Positions 32,884-45,176 of a stretch of 64,000 nucleotides of DNA are shown here, in pieces (within the stretch, counting starts at the first letter, position 1; each line of letters starts with the position of its first letter). The position numbers were made by a program, and so were the translations under genes. The stretch spans positions 310,001 to 374,000 of the forward strand of contig JAPMXV010000001.1 of NCBI GenBank assembly GCA_026936335.1, in the 5' to 3' direction. Source of the DNA: Mantamonas sphyraenae STR306. Taxonomy: Eukaryota > Protista > CRuMs. Below the pieces are notes generated by a model that was given only the letters and a program-made list of their open reading frames with translations, did no database searches and had not been told where the DNA came from.

Positions 32884-35800
32884 TTACCTTGTGGAGTCCC
32901 GCTGTCCTGCTCCCTCCTCCTCTTCTTCCTCCTCGCCGGCCCCCTGCGAGTCATTCTCCGACGAAAGAGCACGGTCGAGCTCGGCCACCGCCACACCTGC
33001 GTCATTGCGCATCATCACACGCGGCACACGTCCCTTGTTCCCTCCCGATGCCTCTTCCTGCAGCAGAGGGCTCTTCTGCTCCTTTTCCTTCTCCGCCTCG
33101 CTCATGCTGGCGCCAATGGAACGAGAACCACGAAGGCTCTCCAGCTCAATCATCTCGGCATCGCTTGTGGAACGCGAGCCACGCTTCTTTCCCCGCCCGG
33201 TGTTGCTCCCTCCCTTTTTCTCCTTTGTGGTCTGCACAGAGCCACCTGTGTCCCTTCGGCTCAGCTGGACGCGGTCCAACGTGGTCCCGCCTCGTCCACG
33301 AGTCGGCGGCCGCAGCTCCTCCAATTCGGGTTTGCGACGTGCAAGAACAATCAGTTTGTCGCCTGGTGCCACCACAATGCGCTTGCGTGGCTTGGTATAC
33401 ACGTACGGGTACGGGTTGTGGCCTATGTCCTGCGTTTTCGCTCCAAACGCAGACGCTGCGCGAGCCCCGGGCGTCTCCTCATCATCCTCGTCCTCCTCGG
33501 GGGGCCCTTGCGTCGCGACGAGCCCACACGGTACAATGCCAAAGGCACGCACGGCGGCTGCAGTGTACACATGTGCATAAACAGATCCATGTAGTAGCGG
33601 CCGAAAAACTCGCGCGGGATGTCCACCTGGAACACGTGCGACTGAGCACGCACCACGTTCATCTGCGTGTTCTCCACGTTGAATCCGGCTGCTGTGCCAC
33701 GTCCCAGCATGCTGTTCATGTAGGACTGCTCCAGCGTGTCCTCTGTGCCAATGAGCAGACTGAGGATGTTGATGAGGTACTTGTTGAAGTACGACTGCAC
33801 CAGCACTGCACTCAGAGAGCTGGACGAGAAGCCACGCCCACACGCAAAACTCGGCGTGTTGTAGTATTCGTCGTCTGTGCTGTTCTTCATGAACTGCATG
33901 TTCGAGTTGTGGATCATGTCTGTGATGACAAAGATGCGACCGCCGCTCAGTTCCTCGATGTCGCGTGACACAACAATCGAGTCCCAATCCTGCAGCTGCG
34001 GCTCCGTCATCGAGCGGTTCTTGGGGTTGGACAGCACAATCACGTGGCTGCACTGTGTGATGCGCACACGATACAAGTCCGAACGTACAAGCGGCGATCC
34101 ACGCACGTAGTACACGCCCGGGAACCTACAAATGTCCTCCCACTGTGCTTCTGTGGGCGGTTCGTCGTGCAGCACCACCACAGGCAGATACTCGTCCAGG
34201 TAGTCGGCACGCAGCGGCCGGATCAAGTGCACCAGATCTTCCACGGACCCAAACACAAGCACATGGTTTTGCAGCAGGTCGTCCACGTCATCCTCGTAGT
34301 CTTCAATCGCCAGAAGGTGGGCACGTGATGTTCCTCCGCCAGCTGCATGTTGTGCTGCGCGTGCAAAGCTGCCCTTGTTCAGCGACAGCTCGCGCAAGCG
34401 CTCCTCCTCGTCCTCGTCCTCCGGCGTTTGCTGCAAGCCCATTCCATCCAACTCTCCATCCACTGATTCCTCCACCATCACATCCACCATGTCCAGATCG
34501 CTCATCTCCTCCTGGTTGATCAGCGGCGACGGGGCACTGACAATGGTGAGAGTGGCGTCGCGCACAAGCGAGCGGGCGCGTGGAAGGGAAATCACGCGTG
34601 TCGCGTGACCCAGCTGCTGTTTGAAACTGATGGCCTCTGCAATCTCTGCCGCGTACGTCAGACTGCTCTTGCGTCGCGACGACGTGTCCTCTTCCTCCCC
34701 TTCGGCCAACATCGACCGGCGGCTGCTGTTAACCTTGGGCGAACCTTTGGACGAACGCTTCATGCCGGTCGGGTTGACGCTCATGGAGCGGGAGATTGAA
34801 GGGCGATGCGACTTTGGCGCATCCAGCATGCGCTGCACATCCTCCTCGGTGTCCATCGCGGCCGAGGCTGCAGCTCCTCGCTGTGGCTCCTCCGAGTGCA
34901 TCATCTCGCTGGACGACGAGTCGTCCTGAGATTGCGTGATGCGCTTGAGGACAGCGCGTGCGCCAGCGCCACGCCGATCCAGCCCAAACGACGAAATCAT
35001 TTCCTCGGTGATGCTGTGCAGCTGCTGGGCAGCCACATCGTCTGCACAAATCACATACAGGGTGTCAAAGGGCTTGAGACGCCAGCCAACGGGATTCAGC
35101 ACGACGTGACGGGTGGTGGCTCCGGTGAGGTGGGCTGTGCTGGACACAATACGAGACTTGCGCTGGTTGGGACGGCGAAAGTCGCTTTCGACGCCAATGA
35201 TGATGATGTCAAAGTAGTGGTAGGCCAGCTCGAGCAGGTCGTGAAACATGATGCCTGCGAGCTGCCTGGGCAAGTTGGTGATGTACAGCTCGTTGCCCTG
35301 CGCCGTCCTCGTACTCGCGCAGCCAGGTGGGCCGTTCTTTGGCGGCATTGAGGGCGTCCAAGTGGTCGTCAAACACAGTGGAAGCCGACAGGACGTCTGT
35401 GGCCGAGGCGCCGTTGAAGACGTCGTCGGCAAAGTTGTCTGCCTCTGCAGTGCGCAACAGGTTTGCAATGAGAGTGGTGAAGCCATGGCACGTGACGGAA
35501 TGGGCCATGATGGCCAGCTTGGCCTCTTGCACGCAAAGCAAGTGGTCGACGTGTTCGAGGATTTGGTGCATGGTCTTGCGTGAGCCCAACAGCAGGCCGT
35601 GTACGGGTGCTTTGCAGACGTTCTTGAAAGCCATGGCACGGAACATGGTGGCAGCGTCTTCTTGTTTGATGCTGCTTGCGTGGCGGTCGCTGAGAAGGAA
35701 GCAGCCGCTTGCGTTTGCTGCGTCGACGCTCTCGAGATCCTTTCGCAGAAGGGCTGAGCCAATGATATAGCTGACACGGCGGCCGTAGCGAGAGTCGAGG

Positions 35801-37399
35801 AGGAGACGACGCAAGGAAGCGTTGGGCTCGACGGGGGCGAGAAAGACGACTTCGGTTTCTTCGGTTTCTGCACCGTGGTCTTCGTGATAGAACTCGCGCA
35901 GAAAGCGGTAGGCTGTGGAGTAGGTGATGTCACCACAGACGAGCACGTGTTGCGTGCCTGGCTGTGGGGTGTACGCCTTACGGAAGGCAGTGTCTGTGGT
36001 ACTGAGCTGCCACAGTTCGCTGGTCTGCTGTGGGATGACCACAAAGAAGAAGCAGATAAAGACCATGGTGATGACCTTGCCCAGCTCTGTTTCTGGCGTG
36101 ATGTCACCATATCCTACTGTGGTGACGGTCTGTGCGGAAGAGGGGGGGGCACGGCGGGCAAAAGTGATCAACAATATCCCGGATGTGAGCACACGAAAAG
36201 TGACCTGATGGGGGGCTGGCGTGGATGGGCAGCGACACGTGTGTGCAAGGCGATGGTGGTGGCGCGCACAAGATGGGGGCGAGAGTGGCAGAGAGCGGGC
36301 CACGATGGGCTCGTGGGAAGGGCCATGGGGGCGCTGGGTCGGCGAAAGGGGCGGGAAGCGGCGAAAGACCAAAACTGGGAAAGGCAAAAACGTACGACGA
36401 CGAGGAAATAGAGGGAGTCGAGAAAGGTAAGACGGCCATCGTCGCCTCGGCCAAGGCTGTTCTCCACGGTCTGGATGATTCCGGTGGCGCAGAACACAAC
36501 GCAGATGATGGTCAGGATAAGCTTGAGCATTTGCAGCTTGATGTGAGCCTGGGAGCCAGAGCCGATGCCGACTGGAGTCAGAGGAGGATGGCCAGGAAGT
36601 GGAAGTAGAGCAGGTGTCAATGAGTGGGGGCGGGGAACAGGCGGTGTGAGCAGGAGGTGGGCGAGGAAGAAGCGGGAGAGATGCGGGACAAAAGACATAC
36701 GGTCGCCGGCAAAGTCAAAGATGCGGTACATGCGGAAGACTCGGACAACCTGTGTAGCGGGAGGGAGTGCAGACGGAGTGAGAACACGGCGGAAACGGGG
36801 TGGGAGCGGTGTGGGACAATGGAAGCGCGGGTAAATGGGTCAAAGGGGGACTGGAAAGGGCGAGGCTGAGAACGAACGCGCAGGAAGCCCAGATTGTTCG
36901 TGGAGCCCGTGACGGCGAGGGTGATGAGGCTGGGCAGCCACGAAGCGAGATCCACAATGGTGATGAGTTCAAGCATGTACTGCTTGCGGTTGTTGGCAAT
37001 GTACACGTGTGTAAGGTAGTCGATCATGAAAATGACGGCGAGGGTGACGTCCATGGCAAAGAACCAGGATGGTTGCTCGGTCTGGTACGTGGAGAAGACG
37101 TAGAGGATGACCGAAGCCAACGAGAGGAAAAGTTGGAAGGCGTCCTGCAGGTGGGTGGATGGGAGGGCGGGAAGGGTTGTCAGGTGAGGAGAAGGGGTCG
37201 GCAGAGAGGTGTACGAAGGTGTGTTTTTGCGAGGCCGCAAACTCACCAGCACGCGGCCGACTTTGGTTTTGACCAGGACGTAGCCGAGCCTCTCACGGAA
37301 GGAGATTTCCTCACGGCCCTTCTTGGAAAGGTCAGCCAGCGGGTCCATGGCCGTCAGGTCGATGTGAGTCATCGAGCGAGGGCGCTCGAGTCGAGCCAT
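32884..37399 (-). CDS. Slo/BK-type Ca2+-activated K+ channel alpha subunit (6TM + two RCK domains)
   Basis: S4 RVVRVFRMYRI; pore TVTTVGYGDITP; RCK1 HVLVCG, EFYHED, IIGSAL; RCK2 NHVLVFG, YYVRGSPL, PSFACGR, QSYFN. Several introns and 1-nt frame breaks at ~35297 and ~33500. Confidence 0.92.
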
Positions 37400-37535
37400 G
37401 TTTGTGGGGTCAGGGTGGCCGCAGGAGCGCAAGAGCTGCGCATGCATGGACTGAAAGGCCTCCGGAAGCAGACACACGATCCAAGCGTGGGTGGGATCAA
37501 CTTGGACAGCGCGGGTCGATGCAGCCATTTTCGGG

Positions 37536-39167
37536 ATGACAACAATCCACCTATCGCGCAACGAGAACAACGAGGACATCGTCGACGAGGAGGAGCGAGA
37601 GGAGGCAAGCGATGAGGTGGATGAGTACGGACAGGGAGAGGAGATTGAGGAGGAAGAAGAGGAAGAAGAGGAAGAAGAGGAATGGCGTGCGTCCATCGCA
37701 GACGCGGTGTTTGTTCGCGCTCTGCATGAGCCCACTCCAGGGAACAGTGTGCCACCAGTGAGAGGAGATGTTGGTGGAAGCAACCAACGGAAACAAGGGC
37801 AACGTGGGCGAACGGGCCGACGAAAGGCCCGCAGTGCCAAGCAATTCTTGGCGGAAGAGGACGACGAGGGAATCCGCTCGGTTTCCAAATCCGACCGATC
37901 GGATGTGAAAGAAGAGTTTGAGAAGGAGAAAGTTGGTGAGGCAGATGAAGGGGAAGATAGTGGCGAGGAAACGGGATGGAGCGACGAGGAAGAGGACGAG
38001 GAGGCGGAGGAGAGCGAGGAAGAAGAGGCAGTAAGCATCCAAAAAGACGACTGGGCGAGGCGACAACAGAAACAGATGCAGGAACGGGACAAGGCTGCAG
38101 GAGTGGTGCGTGGGGAACCAGTGCGTGAGTGGAGGTCTCGCTCACGATCGCGATCCAAGTCGAGGTCGCGGTCACGGTCTCGGTCTCAGTCGCGGTCGCG
38201 GTCACGTTCGCGGTCGCGAGGACGACGCAGCAAGCGTATTGCGCAGGAGGAGGACGACGCAGCACTGTTGGAAGGAATTGGGAACGGTAGGCAGAGCACG
38301 CGGCACCTGTCGCTCCTGTCGCGAGAGATCCGGCGAGCTGAGGAGAAGCGCAAGCAGCGGATGGACTTTTCGCGATACTGGAACGACACGGAGGGTCCCA
38401 ACACAGCCATGGGGATGCGAAACAGTGGGATGAGTGGGATGGGAGGTGGAAGACGCAGCATGGACAGCCATCGAGGACGGTATGGGCGGCGCAGAGGAGA
38501 TCAGCAGACAGAGATGGAGGAGGAGGATCTGGCGGCGCTGGCGGCTGAAATGGGCATGACGGTGGCAGGGTCAGATGCACAAAGCAGCACAGGCACAGGG
38601 GAGCAGAGGGTGAGTTCTCAACAAGGGCAGGGTCAGGAGCGAGACGAGGAAGTGTCTAGCAGCAGCAGCAGCAAGTCGAGACGCAAGAGCAAAGGAAAAC
38701 GCACACGCAGTGTGCCTGACCTGAAGAAGCATTTCCGAGCGATGCAGCTGCTGCGTGAGGAGGACGAGGGCGAGTCGATGATGGTCAAGGTATTCATCGC
38801 GTTTGACTTGTCGCACGCACCGATCCGCGTCGCATGCAAGGGGAAGCTGCACAACGTGGAGTGGGTCATTGCCAAGGTGTTGCACGACTACGAAAAGGGC
38901 ACGGGCGAAACACTGGACACGTCTGTGGACAACTTTCATTTGTGCTTCGCGGACGCAAGCGGCTACCCGTGCTCGTCGCCGCTGGACCGTGCCGCGTCGT
39001 CACGCATCCTGGCGGACGAGTACATCACTTTGATTTTCATCGAGCAAGAGAATGGCAACAGCGGTTCATCGCTGTCGTCATCCGATGACGATGGAGGCTT
39101 CGTTGTGCACAGCAAGGGCGGCCTGAAGAGCAAACTGAAGAGACTGTGGCGCCGCGGTGGGTCGTGA
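37536..39167 (+). CDS. Acidic/RS-rich protein with a C-terminal SIN1-CRIM-like domain
   Basis: Intronless 543-aa ORF with a Glu-rich N-terminus and RS dipeptide tract (~38130-38220). The C-terminal VKVFIAFD...NVEWVIAKVLHDY...FHLCFADASG...PLDR resembles the CRIM ubiquitin-like fold. Confidence 0.55.
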   Translation: MTTIHLSRNENNEDIVDEEEREEASDEVDEYGQGEEIEEEEEEEEEEEEWRASIADAVFVRALHEPTPGNSVPPVRGDVGGSNQRKQGQRGRTGRRKARSAKQFLAEEDDEGIRSVSKSDRSDVKEEFEKEKVGEADEGEDSGEETGWSDEEEDEEAEESEEEEAVSIQKDDWARRQQKQMQERDKAAGVVRGEPVREWRSRSRSRSKSRSRSRSRSQSRSRSRSRSRGRRSKRIAQEEDDAALLEGIGNGRQSTRHLSLLSREIRRAEEKRKQRMDFSRYWNDTEGPNTAMGMRNSGMSGMGGGRRSMDSHRGRYGRRRGDQQTEMEEEDLAALAAEMGMTVAGSDAQSSTGTGEQRVSSQQGQGQERDEEVSSSSSSKSRRKSKGKRTRSVPDLKKHFRAMQLLREEDEGESMMVKVFIAFDLSHAPIRVACKGKLHNVEWVIAKVLHDYEKGTGETLDTSVDNFHLCFADASGYPCSSPLDRAASSRILADEYITLIFIEQENGNSGSSLSSSDDDGGFVVHSKGGLKSKLKRLWRRGGS

Positions 39168-39206
39168 TGGCGTGACTCTGCACTGTGAACACGCGCGGTG
39201 CGTTGG

Positions 39207-41568
39207 TCAGAGGAGGTGCTTGGAGCGGTCGAGGCATTGCTGGAGCACAGAGGTGAGCACGACTTCGGTGGTGTGAATGGCAAAGCCCTGTTTGCGGAGA
39301 GAGGCACATGCACGGCTGTCTGCGTCGCACGAGACAATGATCACCTGCGCATCAAAGGATTTGGGCTTCTTGGTGAGCATGGTTGCACCGGCAGCCTCGA
39401 CAATGAGGCGCAGGTCGGCTGGCTTGGGGCGAGTGCTCTTGGTCGCATAGACAGAGAGGCCATCCAACAGCGGATTGGCACGTGCACGGTGCAGTGACTG
39501 TTCCAAATCAAAAGCGTACTTTTGCTCCGCATCCTTGTCTTGGACGGCGTAGGCAGTGTGGTCGAGCCATGAGCCGTTGGCGGCGGATTCTTCGATCCAT
39601 TGACGCGTAACAACGGGGATGCCCAGACTGATGGCCACCAAACACTTGACTGTCCTCTGCACAGCGTCTGTAACCAGGTGGGTGCATTCTGTGGTAAGCT
39701 GAGAGCGGTCGCTCAGCACGGAGCCGCCGAGGTTTTTGATGGCACGCTTCTCTGTGCTCGTGGGCACCACGTGTGTAAACGCGATGACAGGCTCGGTGGT
39801 GATGCCGGCTTTGCTTGTGGCTGATGTGGATGACGAGGATGAGAAAGCCGTCGCAGTGACGCGTTGACGTTTGGAGTCTTGAGCAGGTTGGTCTCGTTCA
39901 CCCTCGCTGCCACTGTCGTTGTCATTGTCGTCGTTGGCATCTGCGCTTGTGTCGCTGGTGGGTGCAGTTGTGCGCTTGCGTTTCCGTGTGTTTCGTGTGT
40001 TTTCATCCCGCGCGGGTGCGGGTGGGTTTGCCTCTCCGCTTGAGTCTTGCTCCAACGGGGCTTCTTGGACCGCTTCGGTGTCACCCGGATCCACTTCTTC
40101 GACCACACAGGCTGGACGTCAGCACTGCCATCTTCCTCCTCATCTTCATCTTCAGTCTCTGCGTCGCTGAGGGTGGGCTCTTCGGTGTCTGTGGACTCGG
40201 GCGGCTGCGGGATGTTGGACACAGCGCGGCGAAAGGTGACATGCTTCTCTTCTCCTGAGGAAGCGTTCAAGTGAGCCTGGGCCTGTTCGAGCTCGTCTTG
40301 ACCCATGACCTGGGTTGCATCCGCGTTTGCATCTGCGGAAGGCTGGGCAGGTTCAGTCTCCTGCTCCTCGTCGTCTTCGGCATGGTTCATGGCCTGGGTT
40401 GGTTCTTCGAGATGCATGGCATCATCGTCAAACATGGCCTGTGTTGCATCGTCGTCCAGATCGTGCATGGCCTGTGTGGCATCATCAAAGTCCATGACCT
40501 GCGTGGCGTTCGCATCGTCGTGGACGGGGGAAATTGAGCTCAGATCAGCAACAGCGGTCTCGACCTCGCTTTCTACACCACTCTCGTTCATGGTTCGATC
40601 ATGCACAGCCATGGACGTGTTCCAGTCGCCGTCGGCTGTCTCTTCGTTTGTCTGGGTGGAGGTGACCGGCACTGTGGCGGGGATGGTGGCGGGGATGGTG
40701 GCGGGGATGGTGGCGGGGATGGTGGCGGGGATGGTGGCAGGGATGGTGGCTGGGATGGTAGGTTCCTCGTCTTTGCTATCAGGAATAGTGGCGGGGATGG
40801 TGGCGGGAATGGTGGCAGGAATTGTCCCGCCCTCCCCTGCAGGAAGTGTCGCCGGGATGGTGGCAGGGATGGTGGCAGAGGCAGTTGTGGAGTCGACTGG
40901 GATGGTGGCTGGGATGGTTGCGTCGACCGTGGCTCCAGCAGGGATGGTGGCGGGTATTGTGTCTGTGATGGCTTCCCCTGTCGACTCGGTTTCCATGTCC
41001 CCGCTCTCTGTGTAGTCGGGCGTGGCCTCGCTGTCCTCGGAGGCATACCCAACCAGCACAGGAGAACCACTGGATGCATGCAACGCCGCACTCCAGCCAA
41101 AGAGCAGCTTGGCTGAGCCCAGGTGCAAACGTCGGTTGATGTCCACCCGTCCAGAGCCCTCCACAGACTTTCCGTCCACGCGGACAACTCCGTCTCCGGT
41201 GCGTGTGATCTGGGCTCTGTTGAGGCGCGAGTCCAGGACTGTGTGTGCACGGGGTTGTGTGAGTGAGGGAAGAAAGCCGGGGATCACGTCAGAGTAGGCC
41301 TCTCCCAAGACGCATACAGATTGTAGCGTGGTGTGCCACCACTCCATGTTGTGCACCATCAGGTATGATGACATGATTGTCGTTGGCGACGCCGACTGTG
41401 TTTTCGCCGTCGTACAGGCGCATGAAAAGGTTCATGTCAGCCAGCTGCAGCGTCGCAACCTGTGTACAGAGGAGGAGGGTGCCGCGTGGGGCGTTAGAAC
41501 GTGTACAATGTGTTGTGAGAGGTGGAAAAGGGACGGGTTTGCAGTACATTGGTGCTGGGGAACTGCAT
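39207..41568 (-). CDS. MDC1: MDC1-like DNA-damage mediator (FHA-like + TQ motifs + tandem BRCT)
   Basis: C-terminal tandem BRCT (THLVTDAVQRTVKCLVAISLGIPVVTRQWI...EVVLTSVLQQ) closely parallels human MDC1. Two introns assemble an N-terminal FHA-like domain. Five TQ[AV]M motifs; 1-nt frame break at ~40107. Confidence 0.8.
40674..40960 (-). repeat. 12-bp coding minisatellite encoding (ATIP)n
   Basis: Tandem gccaccatcccc-type units in the MDC1-like gene, more than 15 copies in several blocks. Confidence 0.9.
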
Positions 41569-41618
41569 TGCGAGGCCGGGTCGAGTTGGCGGCCACGGCG
41601 ACACCGCAAACAGCCACC

Positions 41619-43532
41619 ATGATGGACGAGGTCGACATTGGCGGCACAGAGACGGCAGAAACAGTGTCCACAGAAGCAGAGAGCAGCGCAGGGTCAGATG
41701 CAGAGGCAGCATCCGGTGGGGAGGAAGGCGGCAACGCAGCGGATACAGCCGAGGACGTGCTGGAGGTGGAAGTGGCGCTGGACGAGGCAGAAGAGGCGGA
41801 GGTGGATGCACAGACGAGCAGCAGCGGGTGTGACGTGTCATTGAGCGGGACATTTGTGTGGGACTACCGCGAGTGCTTCGTGGTGCTGCAGGCGCCGCAC
41901 TGCGTGACGTTGACGCCTTTTTCCGAGACACAAAAGGCCGACACAATCTACCTGTATGCAGAAGACATCCTGGGAGTGAGCGTAGACTCGGAAGAGTGTG
42001 CGTTTACCATTCACACGTGCATGCGCACGCGCACGGTGATGGAAAAACTGCTGAACGAGACCAAGACGGAGGAGATCAACGCGCGGCTCGCAAATACGGG
42101 ACGCGTGGGCAGCGCAGGGGCAGCGACCGTGGCTGAGAAGCCCGAAGAGCGAGTGAGCGGGGTCAAAGTGCAGCGTGAGTTGCGAAACTTCAAGCTGCGC
42201 ACTCGCAAACTGCAGGATGCGCTGGATTGGGAAGTGGCCATCCACGCTTTTGTGAACGACGTGCCGCTGGAGCTGAACAAGCGCGTGGTGCCGCGGCAGT
42301 ACCTGGTGCTGATCAACCCGGTGTCTGGCGATGGGTTTGCCGAGGACAAGTGGCTGCAGGTGCATCCCATGTTTGTCAACGCCAGCGTGAGCACGACGGT
42401 GATTGTCACGGCCTACAAAAACCACGCAAAGGACGTGTGCCAGGAGGGCGATCTGGACCCTTACGACGCAATCGTCTGCGTTGGGGGTGACGGACTGGTC
42501 CACGAGGTCATCAATGGCATCATGGGCCGGCCGGACTATGACCGTGCGACGCGAAAGCCAGTGTGCCAGATCCCTGCGGGCAACAGCTGTAGCCTTGCCA
42601 CAAGCGTGGGTGCACACGATATCTTTACAGCCGCCTATGTGGCCATCAAGGGCCGTTCCTGCCCGCTGGACCTGATGACGGTCAAGCAGGAGGACCACAA
42701 GCGGTACGGCATGCTGCACGCCTCTTGGGGAATGAGCGGCCAGGTGGCTCTGGACCAACAGGACAACCCCAAAAGCTCGTGGATGCTTGGTTCGACCGTA
42801 CGCTTCGGGTTTGACACTCTGTTTAAGGAGCAGGTCGTGGTAGGTTTGGGCATGGGAAGCTGTGGTGTCGATAGCTGACATGGGGAAACGCACACACTCA
42901 CACAATCGTTCACTTGAAACACTCGCTCTCACACACACAATGGGACAACAACAACTCAACTGCAGTACGAAGCTCGCATCCGGTTCCTGCCGGCAGACGA
43001 CCCGGTCAAGACGGCGTGCGTGGTGCATGACTGCGACCGGTGTCTGACGACAGGTGCCCGTCCGCTACGCAAGCATATGGTGGCAGAGGAGCTGGAAGAA
43101 GATGATGGAGAGGGGCAGGAGGAGGCAACGCCCGTGCCGAGCACTCCTTGCTTGGACCGGTACGACGCACAAAACGTGAACGATGACTGGTGCCATTTGG
43201 ATTCGGACGAACTTTGCATGGTCATTGTCGCATTGTTGCCGCAACTCAACACAGAGATGCGTCCTGCTCCGTATGCCCATCTTTCGGATGGCTTGCTGGA
43301 TTTGATTGTCATTCGCTCCCTGGGGCGCTTCGAGATGGCCCAGCTGCTTCTCAAGTTCCGTTCGGGCGAACTGGTGTTCAACAGCAACGTGGAGTACCTC
43401 AAGGTCAAGGCGGTGCATGTCGAGCCGCAGGGCGAGTGCCCCATCATGGTCGACGGCGAAAGCCTGCCCTCGCGCTGGGCTGCGTTCAGCTGCGAGGCAC
43501 ACCGGGGACTCGCACACACGCTGGCTTTGTGA
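41619..43532 (+). CDS. Sphingosine/ceramide kinase family (DAGKc) lipid kinase
   Basis: LINPVSGDG, VGGDGLVHEVINGI, IPAGN, PLDL, AHLSDGLLDL and MVDGE; a PH-like N-terminal region; intron ~42840-42965. Confidence 0.88.
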
Positions 43533-43632
43533 GCTGTGTGGAGGGGAAATGAAGAGATGACGTGTCCATGCGCAGAACCGAATGGTGTGGCCTGTGCGTG
43601 CCTGCGCGGATTGCGCCTGCAACCGCAACACA

Positions 43633-45129
43633 ATGTCGGTCGCCGAGTCCTCACAGAGCAATTTCCGGCAGACTGGCCGAAACAAAACGGGCAAACTAAA
43701 GCGGGGTGGCACAGCTGCGTACGACACGTACACACTGAGCAACCAGGCGGCGTCGGGGGTCATGATTAAGAAGCAGAGCCACAAGCCGTCGATTCCGTCC
43801 AAGTATGAAACGTATCTGTTGGCAGGCGACCACAAGGCTGCGTTTGGTAGTCAGGAGCAGCGCTTCCGCAAGCAGGGCGAGAACGAGGCCCGTCCAGGTC
43901 CCGGAGCGTATCGGGAACCGGACAGCGGCATCTTCAAAGACAAACCGTCGTTCAGCAAGCGGGGTTACGGCGGCTTTGCGTCCAGGGTATGTGTTTGCGT
44001 GCAATTGTAACGTGTGTGGGGTTGAGGGGGGGGAGGGGGAGGGGAGGGTTGGAAGGGCTGAAGATACCATGGCTGCTGTGGAGGAAAAGCCGGCAAACGC
44101 GGCTGACACGCAGTTGGGTTTCGCACGTGGTGCGATACTCACGCACACACACACACGCGCGCACAACACATGTCCCCATTGGAACACCAACAGACCAAGC
44201 GAGGTTTTGAGGTGGATCACCTTAGGCAGAAGCGAGGCATTCCGAGTGTGGGGTCGTATTCGTTGTCGATGCCGAGCAGTAACGGTCGCTCAAACTCAAA
44301 CAAGCCCTCTGCGTCGTTCATGCTGCCCACACAGCGGTTTCGGCTGCGGGATGTGACACCCGGACCGGGGGACTACAAGTCAGAAAGTATCAACACGTTG
44401 GCAAGCCAATCAGTGACGCGCACGAGCAGGGCAAAGGCAACGGGGGCCTTTGCCTCGCGCACCAAACGCCTCTTTGAGACGTATGACAAGGGCCACGAAG
44501 CACCCGCAGTGGGGTTGTATGATAGCACACGGGGAGAAACCATTGTGAAAAAGGGAGCCAACAACGCAGCGAGTGCAGCGTTCAAGAGCAGCACGCCGCG
44601 TACAAGTGTTGGCATCGGCAGCAGCAGCAGCAGCAGAGGGAGCAGGACTGCACGTGGCATCGAGGCCATCGAACGGGAATACCAACTGCCCACGGCGTCG
44701 ACACATGCGTTTGGAGATACACAGTCGCCTCGCAAGGGACGGCGCTCAGGAGGGAGGCAAGTTGGCGGACGAGCGTACGGCACACGCAGTAGCAACAGCG
44801 GCAATGGGGCAGGCACCCTGCGCAAAGGACCAGCAGTGCGCAAGGACAGCACACGACAGCGTGGGCGTACAGGAAGAATGGGCAAGCAGGGAGGAGGAGC
44901 TGGACGACCCACCACCACGCCGGGACCAGGCGCCTATCTGCGCGACCGGGACATGATCCGCAACAACGCAGGTGCCACGTCGTCGTTCCGATCCTCTGCC
45001 CCGCGCTTTTCGCTGGAGCTGCAGGGGCGCAGGGATGTGCCCGGCCCTGCCTTTTATGACGCCGCCAGCAGCGTGCGCAAAACGGGCAAGAAGAGTTTCC
45101 ATCTGCAGCGGGGGAGTGAATGGATCTAA
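43633..45129 (+). CDS. STPG1: Sperm-tail PG-rich (SHIPPO) repeat protein, STPG1-like
   Basis: SIPSKYET...FGSQEQRF...PGPGAY; further PGPGDY/PGPGAY/PGPAFY repeats; C-terminal KSFHL...WI. One intron, ~43988-44193. Confidence 0.75.
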
Positions 45130-45176
45130 GTGTTCACAGGGAGAGTGAGAGTGTGTCCACTGTCCATTGTCACACC

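Noticed and set aside
32043-33968. 641-aa plus-strand ORF
   Set aside because: It is a composite of introns, parts of the small spliced gene and antisense of the BK 3' end.
32884-37399. BK channel as a pseudogene
   Set aside because: Pore and RCK motifs are intact and both breaks are single-base changes in G/C runs, matching the window-wide error pattern.
40674-40960. Regular short repeats resembling a CRISPR or iteron array
   Set aside because: These are 12-bp tandem units without unique spacers, in frame within a coding region (ATIP).
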